Positions 61,521 to 64,000 of a stretch of 64,000 nucleotides of DNA are shown here, piece by piece (position 1 is the stretch's first letter; the number at the start of each line of letters is the position of its first letter). The translations under genes and the position numbers were made by a program. The notes under the pieces are model-generated. The model had not been told where the DNA came from. It saw only the letters and a program-made list of their open reading frames with translations, and did not search any database. Source of the DNA: Oscarella lobularis (Eukaryota); the NCBI RefSeq assembly GCF_947507565.1, contig NC_089179.1, positions 990,681 to 1,054,680 of the forward strand, in the 5' to 3' direction.

Positions 61521-63230
61521 AAATTGGCCGTGAACGTCACCACAAATCTAAAAATAAAATAAATAAAAATTTATTATAATCTTCCATCCGCCCACATGGA
61601 CTAGCGTCCATAGGAAGTCTTATATCTACGTATGTTGTACCGTCACTGGTGCGTCGAGTTCGAGCACATTCGGCTCGCTTTTCACGGCTTCTTCAGCTTC
61701 GGCGATTATAGCAAAAACAGTCGATTCGTCGATGAGCTTCGCCTAATAGAAATCCATGGGGGGGGGGCGTAAAGGCTATCGGGTTGCTAGGAGCGAGTTT
61801 CGCGAGTTTCTTCGTCGAATGCACGCGCGATTGGCCCCAAGCGCTTGTCTGTTTCGCTTCGAGGTGGTTTCGTTATGAAGTTTTACCGTTTCGATGCGGG
61901 GATCGATCGCAGACGCGAGTGCGGCGTCTTTTTGCGTCGATTCGTTTCGTGTTTTCGCTACCGCGTTGACGAGCGTCGCGTAGATGTCTTCGAGTCGTAC
62001 GCGCCGGTCGAGAACGTCCGTCTTCTCCATAAGAACGAGTCGCGGAAATACGCCTTGATACGGGCACTCGGACGAATGTACGATAAACATTTGATCAAAA
62101 CATACGTGTCGATGTGAAAAGAGAGCAAACGAACATCGATAATGGAAAGAAAACGAAGGACCACGAGGAGCCGCCATTGTTTTAGCGCCAATTTCGACCA
62201 CGGTACGTCACCGTAAAGAACACGTGAAAAATTGGCGCGAATTTTCTCGACGAACCAGCGACTCGTTGCCCCGGTGAATCCAAGACAATGCCGTCACCAA
62301 CGGATATTGCATAACGATTGCATCAGCTTTCGTATAAAAGCGGCTGCACGCGGCGCACAGCTTCAGTTCTGGCTAGGTGGGGAAAGCCTAAAGGGCGGAA
62401 CCCTGGAGGTCGTCGGCGTTGGGAAAGCCATGGTCATGTCAACATCAAACGTGCTCAGCCGGTTGCCAATCCTTGCTGAAGCTGTAAGGTGCAGTGGATG
62501 AGCGTCGCGCGAGTTCTTCTCGTGGCGCGCGATTGGCACTGGGAAAGTCATAAAAGGTCCGTTGGATGGCTTGGGTCGCGAAGTCTGGCGTCCGCGTTAT
62601 ACCGAGTTGGCGTCAGGCTCAGATCAGTTCACTTTCCCGCCAAAGAAACGTGTGGGGGGCCCAGTGTCTCGTGGCTGTTTCTCACTCGGCTTAGTGACCT
62701 ATAGCCTAAGATGACCTGACTTCCCAGACCAAAATCAAAGCACGTACAAGTTGACCTCTGGCTGTGTGTGGACTCGCGTTCGGCGCCTTCCCTCAACCCG
62801 GTAGTCCCGCTTCCTCTTAAGCGAAGGACTATGGCCCCATGGGTCGCGGTGCAACGAGGTCGGGGGGACGGTGTGGGAGAGCCGTTCTCGATCCTAGGCC
62901 GCACCGTCGTGGTTGAGCCTATGATGCTACGGCTCGCTCTCAAATATTTTTGGGCTACTCAGCGTTCGAACCTCCACGCGGTGTAGCCTGGATTACGCCA
63001 ATACGAACGCAGGACTACAAGGTACGTACACGGATTAATCGAACAGATAATGTCTTTTGTTTTTTTAGGTGCTTTACTTGACTGAAGGAATACGAAGGCC
63101 TTTTTTGAAATCGCGGAACACTGCATGACGTTGTCTAGTTTACTGAACGCATTTACGTGCGTGGATAAATAAATAAATGCGCGGCTTTTTTTGCGAACAA
63201 AACGATACTAAGAAAATATGTACAGTACGA

Positions 63231-63735
63231 ACGAGTAAAATGACTTTGTGTTGACTGGAACAGATAGTTATAGCTAATTCTAATCCAAAATGAAAATACT
63301 CAAGTATACTTACTGAAAACGTCGGTTTATGTGATTGTGTCATATGGTACCAAAAGATCCATATTGTAGCCTGAGGCGCTTGGCTCGTCATACGCGGAGA
63401 AGCAGATGGATGGAAGCTGATTTTTCATCAGGTCAGACGTCAGGGCAAAGTCAAAAACGTTAATCGTTCCTCGTACTCTACGAGAAAGAACATAAATTCA
63501 AATAAAGATACTCACTCATACTAACGTACGAAGATTTTAGAATGACATCCTCGTCGCTTTCATACCACGTCCAATCTTTGCCAGCTGGAACATTACCAAC
63601 AATCAGTTTAGTATCAAAAAAGGAGCACAGTTCAACGGGATGCCTAAATAAAACACGAGACGAGATACAGTAGCTGTCAAGCAACAAAAGACGGGAAACT
63701 AACCTACTACTTGTTTCCCATAATAAAGTGTTTTT
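63231..63735. repeat. Copy 2 of the 0.5-kb duplicated segment (a partial, truncated copy of the phosphatase 3' exon region).
   Basis: Near-identical to 35228-35750. It diverges at about 63727 where copy 1 continues into further phosphatase exons. Confidence 0.85.
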
Positions 63736-64000
63736 CCGTCTATCCCACACTAAGACAGTTCCATGTAAACTAAACACACAAAAACAGCCCCTTGCGTATT
63801 ACTTTAGGTGTGTTTCTACTGGTGAACACTTACCATCCACTGACGACTTTCCACTCATCCATCTGAACCTGTTTCACCGGTGCTAAATGACCCTTTAACC
63901 TACCAACGCAGCCGTTGCTCCTCAAGTCAAAAATTTGAACGCTACAGCACTCAAATAACAAACTGAACCAGTCGTTCATCCTTCTTCTCGCCTTTTGTCC

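Noticed and set aside
62200-63000. GC-rich 0.8-kb tract with several 60-100-aa ORFs between the phosphatase N-terminal exon and the duplicated fragment.
   Set aside because: No homology and no periodicity. It may be the promoter or 5' region of the phosphatase, or degenerate sequence. The evidence is insufficient.

Overview
Eukaryotic, apparently metazoan, nuclear DNA from a compact genome: introns are mostly 45-60 bp GT..AG, genes are densely packed on both strands, and CpG is not depleted. This is not a prokaryotic defence locus.

The left 35 kb is ordinary housekeeping gene space. Genes I can support there are ferrochelatase, ribosomal protein S24, a PDZ protein, TRIT1 (tRNA isopentenyltransferase), methionine adenosyltransferase (SAM synthetase), MOB1, derlin, a folate dehydrogenase/cyclohydrolase, an SDS3-like gene, an MTMR3/4-type myotubularin with a C-terminal FYVE domain, VPS29, two tandem GT92-like genes, two tandem TMEM97-like genes, and a selenoprotein H gene with an in-frame UGA next to a paralog with no obvious selenocysteine codon.

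The right half is very different. Two large same-orientation tandem-satellite blocks (about 36.04-46.53 kb and 51.13-61.24 kb) are built from 21-bp and 24-bp subunits that form a 45-bp dimer, with higher-order repeats and an embedded 18-bp minisatellite. Between them sits a 4.6-kb unique island holding a 3'-truncated cytochrome-b5-reductase gene and a 3'-truncated gene of eight LDL-receptor class A modules.

Every satellite/unique junction falls inside a coding exon. The two halves of one PPP-family Ser/Thr phosphatase gene lie collinearly on the minus strand on either side of the whole 25-kb compartment. The N-terminal half carries an in-frame TGA at the RGNHE motif. A 0.5-kb copy of the phosphatase 3' fragment recurs 27 kb away.

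This looks like a satellite/heterochromatin-type insertion or expansion that has broken several genes and scattered gene fragments. An assembly chimera through the satellite is the alternative. The giant six-frame ORFs inside the arrays are artefacts of a stop-free repeat unit whose length is a multiple of three.
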